64,000 bases of DNA from positions 186,001-250,000 of the forward strand of contig JBODTK010000142.1 in NCBI GenBank assembly GCA_050613775.1, read 5' to 3'. Shown here piece after piece: positions 1 through 14,776 of this stretch. This stretch comes from Neocallimastix sp. 'constans'. Lineage: Eukaryota. The notes beneath the pieces are model-generated. The model saw only the letters and a program-made list of their open reading frames with translations. It did not search any database and had not been told where the DNA came from. Positions within the stretch are counted from its first letter, which is position 1. Each line of letters opens with the position of its first letter. The position numbers and the translations under genes are program-made.

Positions 1-419
1 GTATAGAATAAATAAATAAATATATATCTTATTAATAATTAAACATTTTCCAATGAAAGAAAAATTAAAGTCAATGATAAATATAATTCATCTATCTCTC
101 TTTTTTCTTTTTTTTTTTTTTTTCTAAAATTAGAGTATTTAAAATGAATTATATAATTTTTTTTCTAATAAAAAAAGGACAGAATGATAGTAAATATGAT
201 ATTCATATATATTATCCTTTTTTTATAAATATATATATCATTTCTTATCATAAACTTTTATTTTTTATAGTATCAAGCAATTATTAATAAGATGTCTATA
301 CTTTTATAAAAAGGAAAAAAAAAAAAAAAAGTGTTAATACAATAATTAAATATAAATATATTTAATATTTAATATTTTTTTTTCTTTGTTCCTTTTTTTT
401 TTTTTTTTTTTTTTTAGTA

Positions 420-1616
420 TTATTCCACACTACTATCCACTTCAAAATGATTGGTTCCTCTGGAAATTCGATTCAATGGACTTCTGAAAGGTACTCCATT
501 AACATTATTTAAGGTAGAGGAACTTCCATATAATGATCGATTCTCGGGACTCATTTTTCTTAAAGGTGGTATTTCAGTTTCATCCTTATCATTAATTGTT
601 AAAGTATAAGTACTTGCTTCATTAGAAGTGGTATCATCAATATCTTCACATTCTAACCAATCTACGAAACCAACAGAAGATGGGAAGTACTTCATCATAC
701 TATTAATTTCATCATGGATTTGTTGGCAGAATTCATCAAGTTTTAAATCATTCATATCACTACCGAATGGATTTTCAATTTCAGAACTAATGGCTTCAAT
801 ACCAAAGAAGGTAAAGGAAGTTAATAAGACAATAAGAACAGAGGCCCATCCACAAGTTGGAACAATTTGTAATGGGAGAGTAAGTAGATAAATAATTAAA
901 GCATGTTTTATATGAATACCATAAATGATTGGAATAGGTGTATATAAAATTCTTTCACACGAAGTAAAATTATCAACAATAGTGTTTAAACTACTATATA
1001 TTGGATTAACAATAGTAGCTGGTAAATCCTTTTGAAGATAGATATAACCTTCAATATGATAAGCAATTTCTAAAGGAAGAATCTTTAAAACTTTTTTAGT
1101 TGCTGTAGTAATTAAGGAATTGAAACGTGGAACATGTTGAACTAAATCAGCTAAATCATCATAATCCCATCCATATTCTCCTCTTAAAGCATGGCGAATT
1201 GAAATTACCAAAGCGATAACTAAACGCATAGCACCCTTCTTTAAGTTTAATTTTTCATCCTTTTTTTTATCAAATTCATCAATTTCAATACTTATCCAAA
1301 TATGACGAGAAAGGTTACGAGCTTGATTAAGAATACTAGCCCAAGCCTTTCTACCTTCCCAATAACGATCATAAGCACTTGTATTACGGAAAACAAGTAA
1401 TAATGAAAGTACCAAACCTAAATAAGTTAAAAGAGAAGTTGGGAAGAAAATATTGGTGATCCATTCCTTATCCTTAAAGAAATTATAAATAATTTTTAAT
1501 ATAGCAGTCCAACAGGTAAATATAAGAACTGGTATATAAATCTTTGGAATAACAGAGCTTGAAAACATTAAAATGTGATGCCAACTAACATTACCAGTTT
1601 GTGGTGGAATATACAT
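420..1616 (-). CDS. Bestrophin-family (UPF0187/YneE-like) anion channel, about 398 aa, intronless
   Basis: Motifs LVFRNTSAYDRYWEGRKAW, CERILYTPIP and GIEAISSEIENPFGSDMNDL, with hydrophobic TM segments. The start is placed at the ATG ending at 1616 (MYIPPQ) because the preceding 21 codons are Lys-rich and look like A-rich UTR. Confidence 0.9.
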   Translation of the reverse strand: MYIPPQTGNVSWHHILMFSSSVIPKIYIPVLIFTCWTAILKIIYNFFKDKEWITNIFFPTSLLTYLGLVLSLLLVFRNTSAYDRYWEGRKAWASILNQARNLSRHIWISIEIDEFDKKKDEKLNLKKGAMRLVIALVISIRHALRGEYGWDYDDLADLVQHVPRFNSLITTATKKVLKILPLEIAYHIEGYIYLQKDLPATIVNPIYSSLNTIVDNFTSCERILYTPIPIIYGIHIKHALIIYLLTLPLQIVPTCGWASVLIVLLTSFTFFGIEAISSEIENPFGSDMNDLKLDEFCQQIHDEINSMMKYFPSSVGFVDWLECEDIDDTTSNEASTYTLTINDKDETEIPPLRKMSPENRSLYGSSSTLNNVNGVPFRSPLNRISRGTNHFEVDSSVE

Positions 1617-3519
1617 TTTATTCTCTCTCTTCTTGTTCTTCTTGAGTTTTTTAAGTTGAACAATTTTCTTCATCTTCATCTTGGATATCTATTATTTATT
1701 TCAAATAAAAAAATAAAAAAATTCTTTTTTTTTTTTTATCATATAATAATATAAAATTAACAAAAAATTAGAATTAGTATAAAAATATATTTTATAAATT
1801 ATTAGTACTAAAATTTTTTTATGTAACAAAAAAAAAAACACAAAAAATTTTTTGTAACAATTAATTTAAAAATTTTTTTTTCTATAGCGCAATAGCGGCC
1901 TATCACTACTACCATCCAACGGTATATTAATTTAAATATTTTTAATATATATATATATATTTACTATTCCTTTAATAATGTGATATTATATCATATATAT
2001 ATTTATTTTTTACATTTATTTGGATGGAATGAAACTTTAAAAATTCATTTTCTTATAATATTTAATATTATTATATTATCATTATTAGTATTTTAAATAA
2101 AAAATAATTTACCTCCTTTTTATAATATATTTTAAATTTAAAAGTTATTATTATTATATTTATTTATACAGAATATAAATATTAAATTTAATTTTTAATA
2201 GTCTGGTTTTAATAAATATTTTTTTTTCTTGTTTAAAAAAAAAAATAAAAACAATAAAATTATTAATATTAAAATAATGAGAATTTATTGTGGCTTTTTT
2301 GTTTTTGATTTGTTTTGTTATTAGTATCCTTGCTTTTAAATAACTAATTCTTTCTTTATATTGTATATAAAAAATATTATATTAATATATTTTGACTTTA
2401 TTAAAATTAATCTAAACGTTAAAAAAAAAATAATAATAATAAAACTAAAAGTAATAAATATTTTAACTCTTTACAGTGTGCGTATTTTATTAAAAAAAAA
2501 AAAATTATAATCTTAAACTTTTAATTATTTTTAATTATTTAATATTTAAAAATCTATTATTTTATTTTATATAATAAAAATTATTCATATTTTGATTCTA
2601 CTTTTAGTTTTGTTTAAAATTTTCTCTTTTTTTTTATTCTTTTTATTCTGTTTTTGTTACTTTTGATAATAATTTCTTTTTCTTATTATTATTAATTGTT
2701 ATTTATAACTGATTTAAAATTCTGTTCTAATTTTAATTTTATTTATATTATTTTTTATTATAACTATTATTTTAGTTCTTTCTTTTTTATTTTATAGTTT
2801 TTTTTTTTTCTATTGCTTTTAATAATTATTAATTAATATTAAATTATTTATTATTCTAAATTTAATATTTCTTTAATTGTTTTATTTTTCTTTTTCTATT
2901 TCTATTTTTTATTATTTTTATTTTTTATTTATTATTTTTTATTTTTTATTTTTTTTATTTTATTTTATTTTTTATTTTATTTTTTATTTTATTTTCTATT
3001 TTATTTTCTATTTTATTTTTTATTTTTTTTTTTTATTTTTTTTAAAATTTTATTTTTATTTAGAAAAAAAAGAAAAAAATGTTCTTTTTTTTTTTTGAAA
3101 CTTTTTATCTTATTCTATTTAAAAATCAATATTATACAATTATAATTATTTTTATTATAAAAATTTTATTATTTATAATTTAATCTTTATTATTTATGAT
3201 TAATTATTATTAATTTAATATGAATAATATTTTATTTTTATTTCTTTTCTTATTTGCCGCAAGGAACATTTAATAAATATTAAAATAATAAGTTATGCAT
3301 AAGATAATTTATGATAATTTATGTTTATTACACGAAATAATTATTATATTTAATTAACTTATTATCCATTTCTGTAAATGAATAAAAAAATTTTTTTTTG
3401 TATTATTAAAATTTTTTTTATTTAATATTGTTATCTAATGAAATTTATTAATTTTTTTTTATTTTAATTATTAGGCACAATGATAAATACTATTCTTCAA
3501 TTTTTTACCACCTTTACTA

Positions 3520-3785
3520 CTTATTATTTATTATTAATTATTTATTATTTATTATTTATTATTTATTATTTATTATTTATTATTTATTATTACTTATTAT
3601 TAATTATTTATTATTTATTATTTATTATCTATTATTTATTATTTATTATTTATTATTTATTAATTATTTATTATTAATTATTTATTATTTATTATTTATT
3701 ATTTATTATTTTATTATTTATTATTTATTTATTATTAAATATTTATTATTTATTATTTTATTATTTTTTATTTATTATTTATTTC
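3520..3785. repeat. TTATTAT/TTATTTA-type low-complexity tandem repeat
   Basis: Direct reading; it explains the spurious ORF 3480..3677. Confidence 0.85.
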
Positions 3786-4892
3786 TAAGATAAACAACAA
3801 ACTTCTAATTATTTCCTTATTTGTATAAACCAATATTAAAATATAAAAACTCTATATCTTTTAATATATTTTTCAATTGAGTGTATTATATTATTAATTA
3901 TATTTTAATATATTTATAACATTATTTATACATATTTATTATTTTGTCTAGCTTTTTTTTTCCTCTTCTATTTTATTGATATTTAATTCTATTGTATTAT
4001 TTAATTTATTTAATATTGTAATTAATATCTTTTTTTATTTATTTATTTACTTATTATTTATTATTAATTATTTATTATTTATTTATTTATTTATTTGTCT
4101 ATTATTTATTATTAATTTACTATTTATTTATTATTTATTTATTAATTATTTATTTATTATTTATTTATTATTTATTTATTATTTATTTATTATTTATTTA
4201 TTTCTTATTTTATTTTTATTTTCATTTTACAATTAATATTTTGGTCTAAATTAACTTTTATTTTAAAATATATAAAAAATAAATAAATAATAATTAAATG
4301 ATATTTTTTATTTAATTTTTGGTATCATATATTAGTAGGTTTATAATAACTTATATTTCTATTTTATCAAATTTTAATTACTTTATTTTCTTTTCTATTT
4401 ATTGTTAATTTTTTTCTGATCAATTATTTCACTAAATACTTTTCAATATATTGTTTAATTATTTCTATTCAATTTCATATATAATTTAATTATTATTGCA
4501 TATATAATCTTATTTATTATTATAAAAATTTATATCTTATATTTAATTTTATTAAATATAATTCTTTAATTTAAACTTTTTTTTTTAATTATTCCATCCC
4601 AAATAATTAATTAAATAAATATTTTTTTTTATTAAAAATGCCAATTTTTTTATTCCACCAATAGAAAATGTTGAAATGAAATGTAGTTACTGTGTAAAAA
4701 AATTTTTTTTTATCTTTATTGAAAAAGTTAAAAAATTAAAAAATTGTTGTAAAATATCTTTTTATTTCTAATCCTTTCTTTTTTTTTTTAACATTTTAAA
4801 TGTAACAAATAAAAAATGCTCCTAAAAATATAATATATAATAAAAATTTATTTTATCTGAGTATATCTTTTTTCTTTTTTCTTTTTTATTTT

Positions 4893-5115
4893 TTTGATAA
4901 TTAACTATTTAAATAATTAACTTCTTAAAATAAATAAACTGATAAATAGCTATTTAAATAAATAATTAACTAATTAAAATAAATAAATTGATAAATAACT
5001 ATTTAAATAAATAATTAACTAATTAAAGTAAATAAATTGATAAATAACTATTTAAATAAATAATTAACTAATTAAAATAAATAAATTGATAAATAACTAT
5101 TTAAATAAATAAATA
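4893..5115 (+). repeat. About 46-bp minisatellite (TTGATAAATAACTATTTAAATAAATAATTAACTAATTAAAATAAATAAA-like), 4-5 copies
   Basis: The unit recurs near 4893, 4940, 4988, 5037 and 5086. Confidence 0.8.
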
Positions 5116-6714
5116 ATTAATTAACCCTAACCCCTACTTAAAATGCTAATGACTGACTATTGAATTTAAAATTATTTCTTATCCTCAGTTATCAGTTACA
5201 TAAATTTTTCATCATATCATAATATTTTTCTTAATTGAAATTTAATTTTTTGAATATTAATTATATAAACTTGACTTTATATCTTTTATAAATAATTGTT
5301 TTAATACTTTTGAAAACTTACTTATTACTTTTAAATATTTGATATATTATTGTTTTCTGTAGAATTTAATAATTATATTTAAATATTAAATAAAAATAAC
5401 TAATTTTGATTTATAATACAATAAAAAAGGATTATAATTTAAATATTTAAATAAAATTTAAAGAATTTCAAAACAAAAAAAAAAATAAAATAAAAGAATA
5501 AATAAAAAAAAAAAATAAAATAAAATAAAAAGAGGGAATACTTTTGATCTATATATATATATATACATTTTGAACAATAGCTATCTATAAATCCTTCAAA
5601 ATAAATTTTATAGAATTTTTATCACTTTTTTTTTTTACTTTATTGTATTATTTATTATTATTAAATTATTAAACTTTTATTAATAGAAACGATTAATTAA
5701 TTTGTTGTTGTAAATTTATTGATACTTTAATTTTATTTTATTATTAATATACATATAAAAGTGTTTTTTTTTTTTTTATTATTATTGAATATAAATTAGC
5801 ATTTACTCTATATATATTCTATTTAACATTATATATTGAACTTATTTATTAATAATTTATTGGCTATTAATATGAAAAAAAATTTTTTTTACAAAAATAA
5901 AATATATAGAATAAAAAAATAATTTATAAAAATATTTATATAAATAATATAAGAAAAAAAAATTTTTAACCTTTTTTTTTAATTAAAAAATTAAACAAAT
6001 ACTTTATTATTCATAATTTATATTAAGATATATTGCACTAAAGAGATTAAGAATAAAAAAAAGTTAAAGTGAAATTATAAAATAACGAAATATAAAAATA
6101 AAAAAACCAATCAAAATCCAAAAATAATTATGAAATCGAAATAAATAAAAAATGTATTTTTAAAAAGAAAAATATATAAAAATTTTCTTTTCTATATTAC
6201 TAATTTTTGACATACAGGTGAAAGAGTATATGATATCCTTCATTAAGAATAATCTACAAAATTATATTTTAAATATCAAATCACTTGATACATTTAAATT
6301 TAATCAATATTTTATTCAAATATATCATTAAATGGTATTAAAAAAATTAATATCATTTTAAATAGAATTTAATAATAACGTGCTGACTTTATCAAATATT
6401 ATTGACTATTATTAATTTTTTTTTTCTTAAAAATTGAATCAAAAAGATTATTGGGTTATTACTTTTTTCTTTTTCATATATATTTTTATCATGAAATGTA
6501 ATAAAATGTTTTTATTGCTTAGAATTAAAAAAAAAATATTTGCCTAGAAAATAATTATAAAAAAAAGTTTTTTCAATGTCTAGATAAAAAATTTGTATGA
6601 AAAAAAAATTTAAAAAATTTAGGAACTATATTTTAATTACTTTTATTATTATTATTATTATTATTATTACTTTTATTATTATTATTATTATTATTACTTT
6701 TATTATTATTACTC

Positions 6715-6746
<32 letters not shown>

Positions 6747-9700
6747 TTAAAATAATTATAGATTATTATTAAGTCATTCCAAACTATAAAATTTAGTACT
6801 ACAGTGATGATGGATTAATATCCTTCAATCAAATTAATAAAATTTTATTAAAATAATAATAAGTTATAGTAAAGTAATTCTTTAAATAGTATTAATTTAT
6901 TATATACATAATTTCAGTTATATATTTAATCTACAGTATTTATAATTATATATATATATAAAAAAAAAAAAAAAAACATAAAAAATTTTATATTTGAATA
7001 ACTTTTATAACCTATAATTTAAAATTTTTAGCTCATAATATTTATTAATTATTAATTATTATTAATTATTTATTATTTATTATTTATTATTTATTAATTA
7101 TTATTTATTTATTATTTATTATTCACTATTTATTATTCACTATTTATTATTTATTATTCAATTAATTACTATTTATTATTATTTATTATTTATTATATAT
7201 TAATTATTATTAAAAATTATTACTATAATAACAAAAAAAATTTTAATTAAAACTTTATTTATTAATATTTTGAATTTTTAAAAATAGGTTCACCAATTAA
7301 CGAATATTTAATTTTTTTTTATAGAAAAATAAAAAAACGTGTTTTAAAAAAATAGATAATTAAAAAACAGTAATCCTTTATAATTCATTTTACTAATTAA
7401 AAATATATATTTAAATGATAAATCTATAACTATTATAATGAAATAATCATATTTATTGCTTATACTAAATAGGTTTTACTATTATATATATCATAAATCA
7501 ATTAACTAAAATAGATAAAAATCTATTAATTATAATGAGATTTTAAGATTTAATTTGGCTGTTAAAAGAAAATCATATTATAAAAAATTATATTTAAATA
7601 GTACAGTTGAACAATTATTTACTAAAAAGAAAAAAGACTAAAAATCGATGTAATGAAATGAATTAAGAATTACTTTTAAATACACGTATTTCCTTAATTA
7701 GTAATTTTTTTTACAGTTTATTTAAATATAGTCTTTTTTTATATATTTATTGTTGTTTCTAATAATATTTTATTTGATACTTTAAGCACGGGTGTATATT
7801 ATTTATTATTCATGATTATCATAAAAATTATTATATATATACGTCCTACTGATCACTCTATTTTCCCTTTTGAAAAAAAAATACAGAAAATATTAAAAAA
7901 ATTTTAAAAATATTAAAAATAATAATAATTGATAAGAATTATTAATTTATAATTATATCAACTTTATTAATACATTTTTTGATGATGACTAACTAACACT
8001 TTATTATTCTAAATTAATCCTTTTTATTAATACATTATAGCTCATACATTAATTATATTACAATATACATTTGAAGCTTCTTATATTTCATATATTTCAC
8101 ATATTCAGTATAATATATTATTAATTAAAATATCTATATTATTATTATGAATAATATATTGAATAATATATTGAAAAATAATTTATAAAAAATGAATTGA
8201 TTTGAATTATATTTGATAAGTAAAAAAAAAAATAATAATTATTATTATTATTTTTTTTTTTTGCAAAGGTATTTTTTTAACTTTTTTCAATTTGTTTCAA
8301 ATAAATAAAATTTAAATACCTTTTTTTTAAATTTAAATTATCAAAATTAAAAATAATATAAAAAAAAATTAATATATAATGAAAATAAAAAAAAAAAAAT
8401 TACATTTATATATATATAAATGTAATTTTTTTGTACATATATATATGTACGTGATATTAAATAATCAAATTTTTATTTTTCTCATAATATAGAATTAATT
8501 GATGGTGGTGATGATATAATTTAAATTAATTGAATCTATTTCTTAACTTCAAAAAAATAGAAAATAAAAATAAAAATTAAAAAAAAAAAGTACTAAAATA
8601 ATAACAACAATTGATAATTAAAATATTTAAAACTTAAATAATTTATATAATTAATAATAATTATAGTACTATAAATGATAAAGATAGATGACAATATTCA
8701 TTTTTAATAAAACAAATTTATTATCATTAAATTTTAAGAAAGAAAATATGTATTTGTTATATAGAATGAATTCTATTATAATTCAATAAAAATAAAAATA
8801 GTTTGTAATAAACAAAAACTAATAGAAGGTCTATCATAATAGACGGCATTATTAGTATTAATAGATATTATGATATTCAAAAATGTATATGTAATTTTAT
8901 TATTAGAACAAACTCCCGATTTAACTATATTAATTGTATAATTAAAGTAGAATGATTAAAATAAAAAAATTAATATGGAATATGTTATATAATTTATATA
9001 ATTATTGACTAGATATTGTTTTATTATTTATTATTTATTATTAATTTTTATTATTTATTACTTATTTTATCATTTATTAATAACTTTTTAAAAATATATT
9101 ACAATATAATGTGATATAAAATTATAAAATTTTTTTAATAATTTGTTATATTAATAATTTATATACTTATATAATGTATTAATTATATTCAATATATTTA
9201 TAATATATTTTATAATTTTGTATATTATATATATATATTATATACAGAATTCAATGAAATTTTTTCTTTTTTACATTAATTTCAAAAAAAAATTTTTTTT
9301 TGTTTTTTGTTTTTATAGAAAATTGGCCAAAAGGAAAAATAATTTAAATTTAATAATAAATATAATATTAAATATATATAAAATTAATTATTAATATTTA
9401 TATTATTAAAATATAATATATATAAATATAAATTACATTATATTTTTATAGTATATTTTATATTGCTTTTTATTTTATATATTAAATAATATATAAAACT
9501 ATATTCTATAATATCAACTTTTTTTTTTTATATATTTATTTTATAAATAAGAATTGTAAATAGAAAAAAAGGAAAAAAAGTTTTTATTAATAATAAATAG
9601 TAATTGATTAATTTCAAAAAATAGTAATAAATAGGACAAAAAAAGAAATATTAATAAATGAGTAATGAAATGTTCAATGAGTAATTAATTTTTTTTTTTT

Positions 9701-10069
9701 TTTGTTATGATTATATATTGATTATATATATTATATAATCATAAAAAAAAAGTGTGATTTTTATAATTAAATAAGGAGTTGTTGTAACATATTATTCAAC
9801 AATTTAAATGAGTAAGATTTTATAAATACCTTTTAAATAAAAAAAAATAGGATATATATATATATGAACTATTGAGATTTACAAATAATTTAAAAGCCAA
9901 TATATCTTTTAATATTCTAAATCAAAAGATATAAATACTAATAAAATAATTTAATTTATTAATAAAAGAAAATTAAAATTGATTTTTAAAATAAATTTAT
10001 TATAAAAAATTATAACAAAAAATATTACTTATTAAAAAATGTATAATAAATTATTGATACATCTTCTTT

Positions 10070-11415
10070 ATACATACTGAAAATAATTTATAAAAACCTG
10101 TGACTATCAATTTGGCATTATATATCCCATTATCTTTAATTTAATTGTTAAAACTCATTAAACATTGAGTGGTTTAATGTCTTTTTGGAATATTTTTTGT
10201 TTTCCATTATTTTTATACTATTATTTCCATATAAATTTTGAAATTCTTTAGTTATTGTATCTTTCCATATGCTCAATATTTTCTGAATTCAGAGCAACCA
10301 CGTAAGTCTTTTGAATTAATGTATTAATATTATTAATTCTATTTCACTTACAGCTTTCATTTTCATATGAAACTGTTTTCCTCTCAAAATATGATTTATT
10401 TATTATAGGTGTCCTATCCTTCATTTTTCTTTCTTCATTTTATTGATAATTTTTTCATTTCCTTTTTCTATTGTTTTTTTTTTTTGTTTTAATATTAAAC
10501 AAATAAACAATAATTTTGACATTATTGTTTATTTGTCTATCGATAGTTTTACTAGTTCGTTTAATATTAAATTTTATATCCTTTTTTTTAGTGTTCCTTA
10601 ATTTTCTTTTATCCAAAGTTTCCAGATCACAAAAGTTGTCCTTCAGATTCATCTTCAGAAGAATAGTCTTCAATTTTAATATTTTCATATATTTCATTAT
10701 TTTCTAAAATTAAATTTTTTATCCTTCGTATTAACCAGATTTTTATGGTTGTTTTTCAATTTTATTTTCATTAAGTTTCTGTTTTAAAATTTTGTAATTA
10801 TTAAGATTTGAAATTTATATTCAAATTTTTATTAAAAAAAACTTTTTTTCAAAATATCATTTTTTGTGATTTTTATACCCTTTATGATTTTTATCGTTAT
10901 TTCTATTAAAAATACCATTATTTTTGTCATTTTTGTTGTTTGTTATTTACATGTAGAATTTTTGCATGACTTTCATTTGATGGTAATTTTATACAATTTT
11001 CAATATTTGATTTTTAAGTATATCCTTTTGATTTTCAGCTAATTTTTGATCTGATTTTATTTCGATTTTAGAGAATTGATTATTTTTTGTAATTCTGGAT
11101 TTCATTATTTTCATTATTTTCATTATTTCCATTATTTTTGGAATTTTAATCTTCACTAAATATTTTCATTTTCTAAATTATTATCTAACATGGTTTCATT
11201 ATTGTATTCATCCATTAAATCTATATTATCTTCAAGATTAATTTTATTCTGTTTGTTTTTCATTCATTTCGAATTCATTATGATAAATAGATTGACAAAA
11301 TTGATGTTGTAAGTGTTGTTCCCTCTTCAATTTATTTATCTGAAGGATTTTAGGAATGAAAAAACAATATGTCTAGTGAGCCTAATGAACTTTCATTGAA
11401 GTATATATTACGAAT
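10070..11415 (-). mobile_element. Decayed Ty1/copia pol fragment (integrase-RT linker and RT start), an inverted copy of about 11485-12900
   Basis: Its reverse complement matches the + strand copy. ORF 10455..10697 (DNFCDLETLDKRKLRNTKKKDIK) mirrors ORF 12213..12407 (DNFSDLETLDKRKLRKTKEKDIK). Confidence 0.85.
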
Positions 11416-11419
11416 GATT

Positions 11420-14110
11420 ATTATTCATCAGACTCTCCTGGTTATCGTGTCCTCGACATTACATCAAAATCAATAATTATGGTTCTCGATACATACTTCA
11501 ATGAAAGTGCACTAGGCTCACTTGGTACACCTTTTTTTTTTTTTTTTTTTTTTTCATTATTCAAATCCTTCAGATAACCAAATTGAGGGGGAACAGCACA
11601 TACAACATCAATTTAGTCAATCCATTGATCATAATGAATTTGAAATGAATGAAAACAAACAGAATAAAATTTAATCTTGAAGACAACGGAGATTTAATGG
11701 ATGAATACAATAATGAAACCATGCAAGATAATAATTCAGAAAATGAAAAAATTAATGAAGATAAAATTAATTAAGATAAAATTAATGAAAATAAAATTAA
11801 CGAAAATAAAATTAACGAAAATAAAATTAATAAAATTGAAATTAATGAAGATTATATTAATGAAGATCAAAAATTAGCTGAAAATTAAGAGGAAATACTC
11901 AAAAATTCTAATATTAAATAAAGTACAAAAATAATATCAAATGAAAGCCATGCCAAAATTCTATATTATTATAATAAAAATAATGAAAATAACGGTATTA
12001 TTAATAGAAATAACGATAATAACATAAAGGTGTAAAAATAACAAAAAAAATTTTTTTGAACAAAAATGTGAAAAAAAAAAAAAAAAAAAAAGCTTTATTA
12101 ATAAAAAATTTGAATAAAATTTTTAAAAATTTCAAATCTTATTAATTATGAAATTGTAGAACAGAAACTTATTGAAAAATAAAATTGAAACAACCATAAA
12201 AATCTGGTCAATATGAAGAATGAAAAATTAAATTTAGAAAATATTAAAATATATGAAAATATTAAAATTAAAGACTATAATTCTGAAAATGAACCTGAAG
12301 ACAATTTTAGTGATCTGGAAACTTTAGATAAAAGAAAATTAAGGAAAACCAAAGAAAAGGATATTAAAAATAATATTAAAAGGAATTATAGCTCTATCGA
12401 TAAGTAAGTAAACAAAAATGATAAAGAAAAAAACAAAAAAAAAAAAAAAAACAAAAAAAACAAAAAAAACAAAAAAAAACAAAAAAAACAAAAAAACAAA
12501 AAAAAGTCGAAAAAGGAAAAGGAAAAATTATCAATCAAATGAAGAAAGAAAAATGAAAGATAGAACATATACATTAAATAATTCATTTTTCGAAAAGAAA
12601 AACAGATTCAGATGAATATAAAAACCGCAAGAGAAATAGAATTAATAATATAAATACATTAATTCCAAAGAATTATGAAGAAGCCATGAATTCAGAAAAT
12701 CCAGACAAATGGAAAGATGCAATAAACAAAGAATTACAAAATTTATATAGAAATAATGTTATGAAAATTGTGAAAAACAAAAATTCCAAAAAGGCATTAA
12801 ACCAATCGATGTTAAATGGGTTTTCACTATTAAAGATAGTGGTATATATAAAGTAAGATTAAAAGTCAGAGGTTTTCGACAAATTAAAGGAATTACTTAT
12901 ACCTGTATGTATTCTCCTACGATAGAAATGGATAGTTTTAGATTAACAATTACTATTTCATCAATATAAAAATGGGATTTAAGACATATTAATATTAAAA
13001 CTGCATATTTAAATGCTAAACTTGATGAGAAAATTTATGTTCAAATTCCAGTCAGTGATAAAAATTTCAATCGAGGAAAATCTGAATTATTACAAAAGGC
13101 TCTCTATGGATTCAAACAAATTGGGAGACAATGGTTTTACGAAATTTCCGATTTTCTTAAGAAAATTAGGTTAACTCAATATAATACAGATAGTTGTTTA
13201 TTTAGTAAATATAAAAATAATAAATTATGATTATTACTAACACTCTATGTTGATGGTATATTAATTGCAGGAGAGAATAAAGAAATTACCAAAGTTATTC
13301 AAAGGATAAAAACATAAATACAAAGTCTCCACAGATAAAACAGCAAACAAAATCATTGGAATTAATATAATTAAAACAAATAAAGGTTACTAAATTAATC
13401 AAAAGGATTATATTGAAAAAATGCTAACTAACTACACTATAAACAATACTAAAATAATTAGAATACCATATATTAAAGCAAAATTAGAAGATAGAGAAAA
13501 CTCTGAAAAAATTAACAAAACTGATTATATAAGATTGATTTGATCTTTATTATATGAATCAACAAAAACATGACCAGATATAGCATTTGCGTAAATCAAG
13601 CTGCAAGATTTTTTTAGGGTTAAAAGTAGAAAGGACTATTCAATTCATTATAACCGAAAGAAAATTTTAAGAATTTCTTGTGATATTTCGCTGGTGATGA
13701 AATCAAAAGAAGATCCACTTCAGGATATATTTTTGTATTAGGAAATAGTCCAATATCATGGAAATTAAACTAAAAATATAGTCTTATCAACCACAGAAGC
13801 TGAATACTCAAGCTTAGCAAAATGTACAAAGCATTATATATGGATAAGAAGATTAGTAAATGAAATATTCAACAAAAATATTAGAATTAATATTAAAATA
13901 AATAATAAACCATGTAAGGATATACCTAAAAACAAAAAGAGACGATGTAAAATATAAGGAGATAAAATACAAATATATTCAAGATGAAGTTATAAAAAAT
14001 GAAATTAAATTAATATACATTAGTTCTAACCCAATAATGACAACAGATCCTTAAACTAAAATTATTTCTGGTCCCAAGTTTAAATACTTTGCCAATTTCA
14101 TCATGGAAAT
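11420..14110 (+). mobile_element. Decayed Ty1/copia retrotransposon pol (post-integrase region, RT, RNase H) with many stops and frameshifts
   Basis: Translated fragments: YSSDSPGYRVLD (about 11425), EAMNSENPDKWKDAINKELQNL (about 12680), VKWVFTIK, IKTAYLNAKLDEKIYV, LQKALYGFKQ, LTLYVDGILI (YVDD, about 13240), RSTSGYIFVLGNSPISWK, SLSTTEAEY and TDP.TK. Confidence 0.92.
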
Positions 14111-14743
14111 GTAGAAAATGCCAATGTAGCAGTGAAACGTTAAATGTTACCAATAATATTAGAATGTTATTGAAAAATGATTATAAATAACATGTAATGA
14201 CATATTCTTAAATGAAAAGGTCCTTCTTAATGTAAAAGCAATAAAATAAATAAATAAACACATAATGAAATATAAATATCACTTCTAATTTTAAGTGTTA
14301 TATTTAACAATAATAATTTATTTATACTGTTATTTTATCAAAAAAAAAAAAAAAATTAATATTATACGTATGGTTATATAAACATATCAAAAAAATTAAA
14401 TAATATATATAAATTTCAAGATAATAAAATGAAATAAAATATATATGATATATGATTATATAAATATCAAGATAATAATATGAAATAAAATGCTATAAAT
14501 ATATACATGTTATTAATTCACTCATAAAACACAAAAACTTCAATATATATTAAATATGAAAATATATATTTTTTTTTCTTAATTTCTTTAATATATATAT
14601 ATATTAATTATATTAATTATTTAATTTATATATATATTATTTTTTAATTATTTCCAACATCAATTATAAATTAAAATTTATATAAAAAAAAGTTTATAAA
14701 TAAAAAAAAAAAAAAAGAAAATAAAATGAATCTAATTAAATAT

Positions 14744-14776
<33 letters not shown>

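Noticed and set aside
628..891. Plus-strand ORFs antisense to real genes (628..891, 15679..15948, 16120..16305, 18915..19184, 19356..19541, 27801..27986) and minus-strand 45812..46057
   Set aside because: They are shadow frames of well-supported CDSs on the opposite strand.
1617..1679. N-terminal extension MKMKKIVQLKK... of the bestrophin ORF
   Set aside because: It is Lys-rich and looks like A-rich 5' UTR, so the downstream ATG is preferred, though this is not proven.
2877..4236. ORFs 2877..3098, 3480..3677 and 3976..4236 (also 12386..12586, 41627..41980, 47708..47899, 51096..51311, 52956..53207, 63387..63710)
   Set aside because: These are translations of microsatellites or low-complexity DNA and show no protein-like complexity.
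14110..14340. Possible 3' LTR of the copia relic
   Set aside because: There is no clear polypurine tract and no second LTR copy in the window to confirm it.
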